64,000 nt of DNA from Waterburya sp. (GTDB taxonomy: Bacteria; Cyanobacteriota; Cyanobacteriia; Cyanobacteriales; Xenococcaceae), in the NCBI GenBank assembly GCA_965217895.1, contig CBDCJV010000002.1:768001-832000 (forward strand), read 5' to 3'. A program made the translations under genes and the position numbers. Shown in pieces: positions 48,642 through 59,729 of this stretch. A model generated the notes under the pieces. That model was not told the DNA's origin. It did no database searches and saw only the letters and a program-made list of their open reading frames with translations. How positions within the stretch are numbered: position 1 is the stretch's first letter; the number at the start of each line of letters is the position of its first letter.

Positions 48642-51350
48642 ATGAATCATGTTAATTTGAGTTTAGCCAAAGACAAAATTGCTGAAAAGCTGGGTTATTT
48701 TCCTGCTTTTTTAATACCAGCAACCGAATCTGCTGCAATTTTTCGTAGCTTAGTCGAGCAAACATTTAGTGCCTACATCAATAATCCTTTACCAAAGGTA
48801 TTTAAAGAAAAGCTTTTTGTCTATCTTTCACGCAGTTGTGGCATCAGTTATTTAACTATATGTCATAGCTGTGGCTTGAACTCTTTGGGGATTAGCGCAG
48901 CAGAAATTTTGACTTTAGATGATATTAAATATCCTCTAACCGAGTCTGATATTGAAGCAGATATACAGCGTCTAAATAACCAGCAGCAAACAGAAAATTG
49001 GCAGCCTGAATTCCAAACTGAAGCCAGTTTACTGCGTTGCTGTAGCCTAATATTTTCCCAGCCCAATCGAACGCTTGCTTGCGCTGAAACTCTTAAAAAG
49101 TTATTGGGAATAGTTAATTACAATTACTTGATAATTTTTTTAGGCTATATTAAGCTTTGTCATCAATGGATTAAGGATAATCCTCATATTTCTCACGAGC
49201 AGGATCGACGTTCTCAGCTGCATTTAGGCTCTTTGTTGCTGTCGCAAATTAAATTAGCTGGTTTTTTTCAGGCAGCCGATGCAAAATTATCTAATCAGAA
49301 GCAAGAAATACTAGAACTTGACCATCAGTCTGAGCCATTAGTTGAGAATACTGATTTAGACTCTAGATCGGTAACTTTTTCAACCTTGACAGCTTGTTTG
49401 GCGAATATTCCTTTGCCCATAATAATTCACGATGGCTCGGGCAAGATTTTATACTGCAACCATAGCTGGTTAGAAATTAGTGGTTTTGACTCTTCTGAAA
49501 TATCTACTATTAGCCAGTGGAAGCAAAAGGCTCAAGTTAAAGTTATACAGTCCCAAAGAGTTGAGCTATCTCCTAATATCCCTAGCAAATCACTATTACC
49601 GATCGAAAAGTACGCTATTCAACTACAGGAAATAGCAACAGAAACTAGAGAAATGCTGCAAAAGATAATAGAGTCTTTGATTAGCTTAGTTTCTGGAAAA
49701 ACTCATATTGAAGCTAATGATTGCACAATCGAAGGAGAAAAATTCAGCATCCTGACTGGCAAGGGTGAACAGCGGTTTTGGCAGTTACACTCTGCTTCTC
49801 TTGATTATGACGATCGCAATTTAACAATATCTGTGGTTAAAGATATTACTGATATTTATCAAGCAAACGCCATCCTGGAATTAATTTCCAAAGCGACAAA
49901 AACTGGCATTTGGAGTTGGAATTTAATAAATAATCAGATTGATATTTGCGATCGCGGTCGAGCTATTTTAGGCTTAAACAATTTTGATGGCAGCTACGCT
50001 AGCTTTTTGCAGTCGATTCATCCTGAAGAGCGAGAATCTGTCGATTTATTGATGATTAAGACGATTAAAGCTCATAAAAACCTGAATTTAGAATATCGCG
50101 TCGTTAAACCTCAAGGAAAAATCGCTGCTATTAAAACTAAAGGAAATTTAGATTATGATGCCCAAGGAAAAGCAATTAGGCTCAAAGGAGTGGTGAGCGA
50201 TATTACCGAACACAAGCTGACTCGACCTAAAAAACCTAGGCAGATTACCAACCAGGCTCAACCTCAAAACACAGCCCAATACATCGAAAAGCTAGAGACT
50301 TTAATCAGTCTAATTCCCTATTACTTATTTGTAGTAGACGTATCCACCGAGACTATCTTTTTTACGAACAAGGCTTTAGCAAAAAGTCTGGGCTTAGTTG
50401 ATGATCGGCTCCCCAAAGGAAAAGCGATCGCCGAATGTTTTTCGCCAGAATATACGCGACAAATAATTTGGCAACAGCAACAGGTGTTAACCTACGACAA
50501 AGTGCTTCATTTACAAGAAGAGGTAAAATTTGCCGATGGAGTTCACTATTTTGATACTATCGTCACGCCGATTAAAAATGATGAGGGAGAAATATATGCA
50601 CTACTTCATACTCTTAATGATGTTCAAAATATGGCTGCTACTCAAAAAGCTCTTTCACAGCGTAGTCTTCAGCTAGAGGCTGCCAATAAAGAATTAGAAT
50701 CTTTTTCCTATTCTGTATCTCACGATTTACAGTCACCCCTAAGAATTATTAATGGCTTTAGTCAGGTGCTGTGGTCAACGTGCCAGTCCGATCTAAACGA
50801 CCGCGCTAAACACTATTTAGAGAGGATTCAAGCCAATAGTCAAAAGATGAGTGATCTGATTGACGCTTTATTGGAGTTGTCTAGGGTAACTCGCAGCGAA
50901 ATGAAGTTGATTGAGGTTGACCTAAGTCAGATTGCCCAAAATATTATTGAAGAGTTGCAAACACAAGACCTCGATCGCCAGATAGAAATAAAAATTGCTC
51001 CCGATCTTAAGGCAATAGGAGATCCTCAATTACTGAGAATTGTCTTAGATAATTTGCTTAATAATGCCTGGAAATACACCTCAAAGCGATCGCTGGCAAA
51101 AATTGAATTTGCTACTTTAACTGCTAATGGAGAACAAACCGCTTTCTACGTGCGGGATAATGGTGCGGGTTTCGATCAAGACTATGCTGATAAGCTGTTT
51201 ACTGCTTTTCAACGACTCCACAGTCAAGCTGAGTTTCCTGGTACAGGAATTGGTTTGGCTACTGTACAGCGTATTATATATCGTCATGGGGGCAAGGTCT
51301 GGGCAAAGGGAGAATGCGATCGCGGGACAACAATTTATTTTTGTCTTTAG
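48642..51350 (+). CDS. PAS-domain sensor histidine kinase with a Cys-containing (AhpD-like?) N-terminal domain
   Basis: H-box FSYSVSHDLQSPL, N-box NLLNNAWKY, DNGAGF, GTGIGL; PAS segments. Confidence 0.9.
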   Translation: MNHVNLSLAKDKIAEKLGYFPAFLIPATESAAIFRSLVEQTFSAYINNPLPKVFKEKLFVYLSRSCGISYLTICHSCGLNSLGISAAEILTLDDIKYPLTESDIEADIQRLNNQQQTENWQPEFQTEASLLRCCSLIFSQPNRTLACAETLKKLLGIVNYNYLIIFLGYIKLCHQWIKDNPHISHEQDRRSQLHLGSLLLSQIKLAGFFQAADAKLSNQKQEILELDHQSEPLVENTDLDSRSVTFSTLTACLANIPLPIIIHDGSGKILYCNHSWLEISGFDSSEISTISQWKQKAQVKVIQSQRVELSPNIPSKSLLPIEKYAIQLQEIATETREMLQKIIESLISLVSGKTHIEANDCTIEGEKFSILTGKGEQRFWQLHSASLDYDDRNLTISVVKDITDIYQANAILELISKATKTGIWSWNLINNQIDICDRGRAILGLNNFDGSYASFLQSIHPEERESVDLLMIKTIKAHKNLNLEYRVVKPQGKIAAIKTKGNLDYDAQGKAIRLKGVVSDITEHKLTRPKKPRQITNQAQPQNTAQYIEKLETLISLIPYYLFVVDVSTETIFFTNKALAKSLGLVDDRLPKGKAIAECFSPEYTRQIIWQQQQVLTYDKVLHLQEEVKFADGVHYFDTIVTPIKNDEGEIYALLHTLNDVQNMAATQKALSQRSLQLEAANKELESFSYSVSHDLQSPLRIINGFSQVLWSTCQSDLNDRAKHYLERIQANSQKMSDLIDALLELSRVTRSEMKLIEVDLSQIAQNIIEELQTQDLDRQIEIKIAPDLKAIGDPQLLRIVLDNLLNNAWKYTSKRSLAKIEFATLTANGEQTAFYVRDNGAGFDQDYADKLFTAFQRLHSQAEFPGTGIGLATVQRIIYRHGGKVWAKGECDRGTTIYFCL

Positions 51351-51473
51351 GGCGTGTCCGCATCTGTTGCACTTGCAACAAATTAATTCAGCCTGTTTTG
51401 TTGTAAAGCGATCGCCGTTCTTTTGAACGACTTACTGCGCTTTTCAGTTGAATAGAACACAAAAGTTTAATCT

Positions 51474-51562
51474 GAAAAGCTAAAAGCTAAAAGCGCAGCG
51501 CATTCGCGCAGTCCGCCCTAGCGGGCTTCGATGCTTCGCATCGTGCAGCTAATAGCTAAAAA
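51474..51562. repeat. AAAAGCT heptamer array interrupted by GC-rich palindromic modules
   Basis: AAAAGCT copies on both sides of CGATGC-TTC-GCATCG and other hairpins. Confidence 0.55.
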
Positions 51563-51609
51563 CCAGTTAATCTCGAACGTAGTCTACCCAATTGAAAACT
51601 GCTATAAAT

Positions 51610-53163
51610 CTATTCCAAAAAATAGGTTGCTAAACCCAATTTTGCTAGCGATCGCTCTGCCTGTTTGGCTTTATCCCGATTGTTAAACGCTCCTATTTGT
51701 AATAAAGATTGTCCCTCAAATACAGTCTCAAAAGCTTCGGGATAGAGCGATCGTACTTCGGTTTCTTCATGGCTATCTAAGGCTTCAACTAAAACTTTAT
51801 ATTTAACTGGGTTGGTAGACGAACTACTGATTGTCGGCGGGAATGGTACTGGTTGAAGTTGAGCAGTTTCAGCAGTCGGCAAAGAGGAAGCAGTAAACAC
51901 CAATTCTTTGTTGCCCGTACTTGGTTCAGTTACAGGAGGTGGTGCAGGTAAAGAAGGATTGGCAGTAGTATCTATTGTTGGAATAGGTGCAGGTGCAGGT
52001 GCAGGTACAGGTGCAGGCGCGGGTAGATCTAATTGGGCAACCGAGGGTTTATCCGTACTAAGTAAAGGTAGGAGAGGAGATGACTTTTGAGTTGAGTTAT
52101 TAAGGGCGGTAAATTCTCCGCTATCAAAATTGATGTCACCTTCGGTTTGTCCACTAGTTTGTGTGCCGACTGCTACAATCTCATTTTTAGTAGCATTTTG
52201 AATGTCTAGTTTTCTATTGCTACGGAAAGTATTGTTTCCAGGTTCTGAACTAGTACCTAAATCAACCTGAGAATCGGCGATCGCCGTTAAGCCAGAGTCC
52301 CCAGAATCGATAATCTCATTATCTCGCAACACAGCTTGAGAATTGCCTTCTAAGATAATACCAATGCGATTGCCGTCAAAGGTGTTTTTGGTTAGGGTAG
52401 GGGCAGCATTCTGTACGACACTAACCCCAAAACCTGTATTTTTAAAAGTGTTATCGGTGACTTGTGGTTGAGAAGTACCATAGACAAGTAAACCGTTGCC
52501 AGAATTATTATAAAAGTAATTATTGGCGATGACGGGAGAACTATTTCCGTTAACAGAAACCCCAGTATTACCATTGCGGGTAAAAGTATTGCTAACTATT
52601 TTTGGGCTGGAAGACTCAAGCCATAAACCATGTCCCCGTGACTGGATATTAGTTACAGTAACTCCTGTAATACCTGCTGCATCTTTTAAAGCGGCGATCG
52701 CCACATTCTGTCCTGCACCTGTAGGGCTGATAAAATAGCCACCGCCTTGAATGACAGTATTGTAGCCTTGGTTATCAGCATCACCTTTGAGAGTAATTTT
52801 AGCTTGAATAACCAAGGGAAAAGTTTCTCCTGTTTCTTGGCTATATGTCCCCGATGCCAGCTTAATCGTGCTGCCAGAAGTAGCTACCTTTAAAGCTTGA
52901 GTAATAGTTTTGAAGGGGGCGAATTTTTCGCCTGTTTGCGAGTCATCTCCTGTTTTGGGATTAACGTAAACGATATTTTTGTCTAAAGAGGGTATTTGAG
53001 CCGTTACACTTTGAGCCAGACTTGGTTGAGCTTGCAATACAACATTTACAGGCAAAGTAAAGGTCAATACCGCTAATAACCAAGTAAAACGTTTATTCTT
53101 TCTAGATTGCTTGAGTTTTATCAAGCTGTTTCGATAAGTTTTTTGGCGATCGCTGCTTTCCAT
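51610..53163 (-). CDS. DUF1565 / parallel beta-helix exported protein with Pro-rich linker
   Basis: YVNP..GDD, PFKTITQAL, GTYS...GETFPL; beta-helix repeats; C-terminal LQIGAFNNRDKA. Confidence 0.85.
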   Translation of the reverse strand: MESSDRQKTYRNSLIKLKQSRKNKRFTWLLAVLTFTLPVNVVLQAQPSLAQSVTAQIPSLDKNIVYVNPKTGDDSQTGEKFAPFKTITQALKVATSGSTIKLASGTYSQETGETFPLVIQAKITLKGDADNQGYNTVIQGGGYFISPTGAGQNVAIAALKDAAGITGVTVTNIQSRGHGLWLESSSPKIVSNTFTRNGNTGVSVNGNSSPVIANNYFYNNSGNGLLVYGTSQPQVTDNTFKNTGFGVSVVQNAAPTLTKNTFDGNRIGIILEGNSQAVLRDNEIIDSGDSGLTAIADSQVDLGTSSEPGNNTFRSNRKLDIQNATKNEIVAVGTQTSGQTEGDINFDSGEFTALNNSTQKSSPLLPLLSTDKPSVAQLDLPAPAPVPAPAPAPIPTIDTTANPSLPAPPPVTEPSTGNKELVFTASSLPTAETAQLQPVPFPPTISSSSTNPVKYKVLVEALDSHEETEVRSLYPEAFETVFEGQSLLQIGAFNNRDKAKQAERSLAKLGLATYFLE

Positions 53164-53361
53164 AATCTAGCTCCTTAATAATGGATATTGCTTGTGAATT
53201 AAAGTATCAAAATAAATATAAAGTGTTTATATCTGAGCAATAATCAATCAGCTTTTAGTAGTTTTGTTCAATTATTTAGTAATTTAAGACTGCACATAGT
53301 AAATAACGTATAATTGCCTAAGTTTCAATTTATTGACCCTATATATAATATTTGTCTGAGC

Positions 53362-54096
53362 GTGAAAATATTTGTTTATCATACTCCTGAAAGTACTCCA
53401 AACGACCTATTGCCCAACTGTGCCGTAGTTATTGACGTTTTACGAGCAACCACTACAATTGCCACCGCTCTTGATGCAGGTGCAGAAGCTGTCCAAGCAT
53501 TTAGTAACATAGAAGAATTGAAACGTCAATCTGATTTATGGTCAGCAGATAAGCGTTTACGAGCAGGTGAGCGCGGGGGTGAAATGGTAAAAGGCTTTGA
53601 TATGGGCAATTCTCCTCTTGCCTGCACTCCTAAATTGGTAAAAAATAAACGATTATTTCTTACCACTACCAACGGCACTCGTGCTTTACAAAGGGTGGAA
53701 CAAGCTCCCCAGGTGATTACCGCAGCCCAAATTAATCGCCTGGCAGCAGTTAATTATTTGCTCGAAACTCAACCAGAAATAGTGTGGATGGTAGGTTCGG
53801 GCTGGCAAGGGGATTATTCTGTAGAAGATACAGCTTGCGCTGGGGCGATCGCTCAGTCGATTTTACAGCAAAGCGATGTATCTAAGATTGAGCTATTTGG
53901 TAATGATGAAGTGATTGGCGCGATCGCACTTTATGAGCAATGGCAAGATAATCTGTTAAATCTCTTCCGTCTATGCAGTCATGGACAGCGTCTTCTCAAG
54001 CTTGATGGAGACGAAGATCTTAGATACTGTTCGCAAACCGACATTTTGAATGTTTTACCAATTCAGAAAGAGCCAGGAGTTTTAGTTAAGCGTTAA
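53362..54096 (+). CDS. comB: 2-phosphosulfolactate phosphatase family (ComB-like)
   Basis: [25 protein letters not shown] and EDTACAG motifs; GTG start inferred. Confidence 0.88.
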   Translation: MKIFVYHTPESTPNDLLPNCAVVIDVLRATTTIATALDAGAEAVQAFSNIEELKRQSDLWSADKRLRAGERGGEMVKGFDMGNSPLACTPKLVKNKRLFLTTTNGTRALQRVEQAPQVITAAQINRLAAVNYLLETQPEIVWMVGSGWQGDYSVEDTACAGAIAQSILQQSDVSKIELFGNDEVIGAIALYEQWQDNLLNLFRLCSHGQRLLKLDGDEDLRYCSQTDILNVLPIQKEPGVLVKR

Positions 54097-54287
54097 AAGC
54101 AGTTAATAGGCATTGGAAACCAGTAATTTAAGTTCCGAACAAGAAAACGGATAGTAAGAAAATAACAACAAATAAAGAAAATAAACTTGAAAAAGAACAA
54201 GCCCTTGAGCTATTTTGGGGATAATATGTAGTAATCCTCAATTTCTCCCAAAGGTGGAATCGCTGAAACCTTTGATATAACTGGAAA

Positions 54288-54358
54288 AGCGGATGAGGGG
54301 AATCGAACCCCTAGCTTTAGCTTGGAAGGCTAAGGTATTACCACTATACGACATCCGC
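54288..54358 (-). tRNA. tRNA-Gly (anticodon TCC)
   Basis: GCGGATG acceptor stem, TAGTGGTA D-loop, CTTCCAA anticodon loop, GGTTCGATTCC T-arm; CCA not encoded. Confidence 0.95.
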
Positions 54359-54543
54359 AGATAATAACCTTTTAGGCGCAATAATTATATTAACTATATT
54401 TCGTACTTTGGTCAACTGCTTTTGTGGAAAAATACGGTAATTCCAAATATTTCAAGAAGTAGCCAGGAGTCAATTGATGTCACCAGATGTATTCTGAAAG
54501 CAAAGACAAAGCCCAATACTTCTGGCTTAAACTTTGTTATTGA

Positions 54544-54627
54544 GTAGTAAGTAGTAGGTAGTAGGTAGTAGGTAGTAGGTAGTAGGTAGTAGGTAGTAGG
54601 TAGTAAGTAGTAGGTAGTGGATAGTGG
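54544..54627. repeat. Heptamer short tandem repeat (GTAGTAG)n
   Basis: Roughly 11-12 tandem copies, some imperfect. Confidence 0.9.
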
Positions 54628-54856
54628 GTAATTATTACCCAAACTAAGATTTACCGAGCGCAATTGTTAACCGAAAAGTATCAAGATAAAGCCCATATAG
54701 AAACGGAAACGCTCATCAAAAGAGTTCGGCAAAAACAATTAAGATATCGCTCTTGGTTTGGGACAAGAGAAATGGGGCGGAGGAAAAGTTTTATTTTTTA
54801 TTCCTTTCACCTTTACTCCGCCCTAATCCCTAATCTCTAATCCTTTATCCATCAAT

Positions 54857-55804
54857 TCACCCCTGCCACATTTTTTCAATTACTGTTTCGGGAGTGATAT
54901 CAGACAAATTAGCCGTTGACGATTGAACAGCAACACAGTTTTCGTTATGGGGTGGAAGTTCTTTGCTATCTTGAGTATTCAACAAAGCAATTGTATATGT
55001 ACCCGTAGCTACTGCTAGCTGCATCGAAGTGCTGTCATTACAGAGAATTAAGTTAGCACCAGCAATTATAGCTGCCATTTTACCCACATCGGGGGGCGCG
55101 ATCGCCTTAATATTGTTATTAGCTGACATGATGACGCTCACCCAATCTTGATTAGTATCTGTTTGTAACAGCACAATAGCTAAACCTGTATTTCTTTGTT
55201 CAATATCCTCAATAATTCGTTGCCAACTTTTAAGTGGATAGGCACTAATATCTGGTGTCTGAGATTGTTCGTCACTAAGCAAAATATAGCCACTATCTTT
55301 GATAGATAAACGCTGCTGTTCTAATTCTGCCCAGTCAATATCTTCTTTTGGTACATTGATAGTGACGGTCGGACAGGGAGCAGCAATTCCTAAGCCAGCA
55401 ACCAAATCATGATACATCTGGGCTTTGTATTGCTCTGGTTTGCGAGCAACAGAATTGGATAAATATATCGGAGAATCATCCTGAAAACCTACTCTAGTAG
55501 GTATACCATTAAGCCACAGCAGTAATTTAATCCGCCAAGTAGTTTTAAGGCTAATAACTGCATCATATTCGCGATCGCGCATAATCCCTAATAGATTGAG
55601 ATAATCAGCGAAGCTATTGCGGTCTTGAAAATCGAACACCAAAACCTCATCAACATTTTTGCAGACTCGGTAAGCTTTTTTAGAACTGGGTTCTACCAAA
55701 ACATCGATCTCCGCTTGGGGATACTGTTTTGCTAGAGTCTCTATGGTGGGGAAAAAGAGAAGTTGATTGTCGATGGAGCCAGGCACGAGGGCTAGTATAC
55801 GCAT
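54857..55804 (-). CDS. Glycosyltransferase family 9 (heptosyltransferase-like)
   Basis: MRILALVPGSIDNQLLFFP..L...YP.AEID and CND...MQLAVA motifs. Confidence 0.85.
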   Translation of the reverse strand: MRILALVPGSIDNQLLFFPTIETLAKQYPQAEIDVLVEPSSKKAYRVCKNVDEVLVFDFQDRNSFADYLNLLGIMRDREYDAVISLKTTWRIKLLLWLNGIPTRVGFQDDSPIYLSNSVARKPEQYKAQMYHDLVAGLGIAAPCPTVTINVPKEDIDWAELEQQRLSIKDSGYILLSDEQSQTPDISAYPLKSWQRIIEDIEQRNTGLAIVLLQTDTNQDWVSVIMSANNNIKAIAPPDVGKMAAIIAGANLILCNDSTSMQLAVATGTYTIALLNTQDSKELPPHNENCVAVQSSTANLSDITPETVIEKMWQG

Positions 55805-55898
55805 TCTTATGAAGAAGATATAGTCCTTAATTTTATCTGTGGTCAATTTTAGTAGATGATAGAGCTAAACAGTTGTATCTTTAGGAAAACATCATTAA

Positions 55899-56588
55899 AT
55901 GCACTTATTGATTCCTGCTGCGGGGATGGGTCGGCGAATGGGTAGCGATCGCAATAAGCTTCTCATGGAATTACTCGGAAAACCTTTACTAGCATGGACT
56001 CTACTCGCAGCAGAAAATTCTTTGAGCCTTGAATGGATTGGCATTATTGGACAACCTACAGATTTTGCCGATTTTAAAGATATTCTCAGTCAATTAAATC
56101 TATCGAAATCAGTAGAGTTAATTGTTGGTGGCGATACTCGTCAAGAATCGGTTTACAATGGCTTACAGGCTTTGCCAAAAAGTGCTGAGAGGGTTTTGAT
56201 CCATGATGGGGCGAGATGTTTGGCAACTCCTGAATTATTTGACCGCTGTACTGCTGCTTTTAATAATTGTCAGGGTTTTATCGCAGCCGTATCAGTGAAA
56301 GACACAATCAAAGTAGTCAATAAACAAGGAATTATTATTGATACTCCAGATCGCAGTAACCTCTGGGCAGCCCAAACTCCTCAAGGGTTTGAGGTGGAGA
56401 TTTTAAAGCGTTGTCACTTTAAAGGAAAAAAATTAGGTTGGTCAGTTACCGATGATGCTGCACTGTTTGAAAGATGCGAGATGCCCGTCAAAATTGTGGA
56501 GGGAGAAGAAACTAATTTAAAAGTGACTACTCCTGTGGATTTGGCGATCGCCGAATTTATCTTACGGCAAAGACTAAAATTATCATAA
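55899..56588 (+). CDS. ispD: 2-C-methyl-D-erythritol 4-phosphate cytidylyltransferase
   Basis: PAAGMGRRMG, GGDTRQESV, HDGAR, QTPQGF, TDDA and KVTTPVD motifs. Confidence 0.96.
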   Translation: MHLLIPAAGMGRRMGSDRNKLLMELLGKPLLAWTLLAAENSLSLEWIGIIGQPTDFADFKDILSQLNLSKSVELIVGGDTRQESVYNGLQALPKSAERVLIHDGARCLATPELFDRCTAAFNNCQGFIAAVSVKDTIKVVNKQGIIIDTPDRSNLWAAQTPQGFEVEILKRCHFKGKKLGWSVTDDAALFERCEMPVKIVEGEETNLKVTTPVDLAIAEFILRQRLKLS

Positions 56589-56642
56589 GGCATAGAAAAA
56601 TTGCGATCGCTTATTAATCAAGACAAAAAACCTATTAGAAAA

Positions 56643-57065
56643 ATGACTGCTCTCTACGACCGTGATTTTAATCTTTGGATACAAAAAACTGTATCAGACC
56701 TAAAAAATAAAGACATGAATCGAATTGACTGGAGTAACCTAATAGATGAAATAGAGGGAATGGGTAAAAGCGAGCGTCGAGCTTTGCAAAGTTATTTAGA
56801 AAGGCTGCTAGAATACCTTCTTAAATTAAAGTATTGGGATGCAGAACGAGATCGTTGCGAAAAAGGATGGAAAATAGAAATAATTGAGTTTAGATCGCGA
56901 ATCGAAAGAATTTTATCTGATAGTCCCAGTTTAAAAAATTATTTAGCCGAAATTTATCCCCAAGCTCATAAGCTAGCTGTTGCCAAAATGTCAATTGTTT
57001 TTGATTTACCTGACAATGCTGTTATTTCAAAATCATTTGCTTTAGCTGAAACATTTACAGACTAG
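56643..57065 (+). CDS. DUF29 family protein
   Basis: LYDRDFNLW, DWSNLIDEIEGMGKSE and SPSLK motifs. Confidence 0.88.
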   Translation: MTALYDRDFNLWIQKTVSDLKNKDMNRIDWSNLIDEIEGMGKSERRALQSYLERLLEYLLKLKYWDAERDRCEKGWKIEIIEFRSRIERILSDSPSLKNYLAEIYPQAHKLAVAKMSIVFDLPDNAVISKSFALAETFTD

Positions 57066-57285
57066 TTATCAGTTTCGTATTTTAACTGTCAACTTTGTTG
57101 ATAAATTCTCAATGTCTATAGTTTTTATCTATAAGCTGAATTGGTAAATTTACTCGCCATCAGAGCAAATATTTCGGTATCTTACGTTTAGGTGATTTTT
57201 TAATAAAAACCATTTGGATTCAAGTTTAATTCCCCTCGACGATAAATATTCAATGCTTAATGTTCAATTAAATAAGGAGATGTAG

Positions 57286-58974
57286 ATGTCTGACAATCGC
57301 CGAAGCCAAGAAGTAACCCAGGGAAACCAAAGATCACCTAACCGCGCTATGTTGCGCGCGGTAGGTTTTGGAGATAATGATTTTACTAAGCCCATTGTCG
57401 GTTTAGCTAACGGCTATAGCACTATCACTCCCTGCAATATGGGAATCAATACCCTCGCGCTACGGGCAGAAACCGCCCTCAAAGAGGCTGGGGCAATGCC
57501 GCAGATGTTTGGCACAATTACTATCAGTGACGGTATCTCTATGGGTACAGAAGGAATGAAGTATTCCTTAGTCTCCCGCGATGTAATTGCTGACTCGATT
57601 GAAACTGTCTGTAATGGACAGAGTATGGATGCTGTGCTAGCGATTGGCGGTTGTGATAAAAATATGCCTGGGGCAATGCTGGCGATCGCTCGCCTAAATA
57701 TTCCTGCTATCTTTGTTTACGGTGGCACTATTAAGCCAGGTAAACATAACGGCGAAGATTTGACCGTAGTTAGTGTTTTTGAAGCAGTAGGAAAATTTAG
57801 CGCGGGCAAAATTGATCGGGCTGAATTGGATGCCATTGAACACAAAGCCTGCCCTGGTGCGGGATCTTGCGGGGGAATGTTTACCGCCAATACTATGTCC
57901 TCGGCGTTTGAGGCGATGGGCATGAGCTTACCCTATTCTTCGACGATGGCAGCAGAAGACGAGGAGAAAGCCGAGAGTACTGAAAAATCAGCTTTTGCTC
58001 TGGTTGAAGCGGTCAAAAATCAAATTTTACCCAGCCATATTTTGACTCGTAAAGCTTTTGAGAATGCGATTACGGTAATTATGGCAATAGGAGGCTCAAC
58101 TAATTCTGTCTTGCATTTACTGGCGATCGCCAATACGATGGGAGTCGAGCTTACTATAGACGATTTTGAAACTATTCGTCAGCGAGTCCCCGTAATTTGT
58201 AATCTTAAGCCATCAGGGAAATACGTTGCCGTAGATCTGCATAAGGTGGGTGGCATTCCTCAAGTTATGAAAATGCTTTTGGCTCATGATTTGCTCCATG
58301 GTGATGCTTTAACGGTTACAGGTAAAACTATTGCCGAACTCTTGGCTGATATCCCCGAAAACCCTCCCGCAGATCAAGATGTAATTCAACCATGGGATAA
58401 TCCTGTCTATCCCCAAGGGCATCTGGCAATACTCAAGGGCAACTTAGCTAGTGAAGGTTCAGTTGCTAAAATCAGCGGCGTAAAAAATCCTGTTATTACT
58501 GGTCCTGCTAGAGTGTTTGAATCAGAAGAAGAATGTTTGTCCGCAATTCTAGACGGTAAAATCAAGGCTGGAGATATCATCGTCGTCCGTTACGAAGGTC
58601 CTCAAGGTGGTCCAGGAATGCGAGAAATGCTTGCTCCCACTTCGGCAATCATTGGTGCGGGCTTAGGAGACTCTGTAGGACTAATTACCGATGGTCGTTT
58701 CTCTGGTGGCACTTACGGCATGGTCGTCGGTCACGTTGCCCCTGAAGCTGCCGTCGGCGGAACAATTGCTTTAGTCAACGAAGGAGATAGCATTACCATT
58801 GATGCTCGTCAAAAGTTATTGCAGCTAAATGTTAATGATGCAGAATTAGCCAAACGTCATAGCCAATGGCAGCCACATCAACCTAAATACACTAGGGGAG
58901 TTTTGGGTAAATATGCCAAACTGGTTTCGACTAGCAGTCTTGGTGCAGTTACAGATCTAAATTTGCATAATTAA
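57286..58974 (+). CDS. ilvD: Dihydroxy-acid dehydratase
   Basis: [29 protein letters not shown] and TDGRFSG motifs. Confidence 0.98.
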   Translation: MSDNRRSQEVTQGNQRSPNRAMLRAVGFGDNDFTKPIVGLANGYSTITPCNMGINTLALRAETALKEAGAMPQMFGTITISDGISMGTEGMKYSLVSRDVIADSIETVCNGQSMDAVLAIGGCDKNMPGAMLAIARLNIPAIFVYGGTIKPGKHNGEDLTVVSVFEAVGKFSAGKIDRAELDAIEHKACPGAGSCGGMFTANTMSSAFEAMGMSLPYSSTMAAEDEEKAESTEKSAFALVEAVKNQILPSHILTRKAFENAITVIMAIGGSTNSVLHLLAIANTMGVELTIDDFETIRQRVPVICNLKPSGKYVAVDLHKVGGIPQVMKMLLAHDLLHGDALTVTGKTIAELLADIPENPPADQDVIQPWDNPVYPQGHLAILKGNLASEGSVAKISGVKNPVITGPARVFESEEECLSAILDGKIKAGDIIVVRYEGPQGGPGMREMLAPTSAIIGAGLGDSVGLITDGRFSGGTYGMVVGHVAPEAAVGGTIALVNEGDSITIDARQKLLQLNVNDAELAKRHSQWQPHQPKYTRGVLGKYAKLVSTSSLGAVTDLNLHN

Positions 58975-59014
58975 ACGGCGTTATTGCCTGATTTGAATCT
59001 CGCGTATTTTTTAT

Positions 59015-59470
59015 TCAGGCAACGTTACTCTTAGTCATTACCTGATTAGATAAATTATGCAAGCAAGCTTTAGCTTCTTCTAAATCATAGGAAAAAGGTT
59101 TGGGTAATGGCTGATAATCTCTCGCGCTTGGTTCACCATTTCGCAAAACAGCATTAACTAGTAAGCAATCTTGATTTTCAAAATTAATTGCACCGTGTAA
59201 AATTCCTCTGGGAATTATTGCCACCTGTGGCACATCTTCGCTCAGGGGAATATATTGATATTGCTTGTTATATAAAACTACTAGTACAAAACTTCCTCTA
59301 ACTACTAGTAGCTGGTCAGTTTGTTTTTTGTGAACAAAAAGGTCATCAATAACATTAGCTGGTACTTTAACAACAATAGTTTCATTACTAGATTGAGGCG
59401 TATAAAATTCCGCCATTCCTCCTTGAATAGATTCAATTGGTTGAATGGTTACACCTTGAATTAATCCCAT
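59015..59470 (-). CDS. Cupin-fold protein (dTDP-sugar epimerase-like)
   Basis: LFVH..QTD.L.V..G and IPRGILHG cupin motifs. Confidence 0.7.
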   Translation of the reverse strand: MGLIQGVTIQPIESIQGGMAEFYTPQSSNETIVVKVPANVIDDLFVHKKQTDQLLVVRGSFVLVVLYNKQYQYIPLSEDVPQVAIIPRGILHGAINFENQDCLLVNAVLRNGEPSARDYQPLPKPFSYDLEEAKACLHNLSNQVMTKSNVA

Positions 59471-59729
59471 AATTTTAGTTAGTTATCAAAAGTCTATAGA
59501 TTAAATTTTATTCTTTCCTTTCTGTAGACTAAGGTTATGAATATTAATTTCATTATGGCAAAAAAATGTTGACAATTTACTATAGTTAGTATCTATATAC
59601 ACAAAATATAAGTTTGTTTGAAATTATTTTTGAAAATAGTAGCAAGATTTACACTTTATTAGATGTATTTCCATCTTCAATGTTTTCAAATATATTTAAT
59701 CTACTTTATTTTGTATTTGCTATTCTTAA

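Noticed and set aside
54100..54420. Integrative element at tRNA-Gly
   Set aside because: No integrase, no duplicated tRNA 3' end seen, and the flanking genes are housekeeping
54412..54663. 83-aa ORF with TTYYLLP repeats
   Set aside because: It is the translation of the GTAGTAG heptamer tandem repeat; no other coding signal
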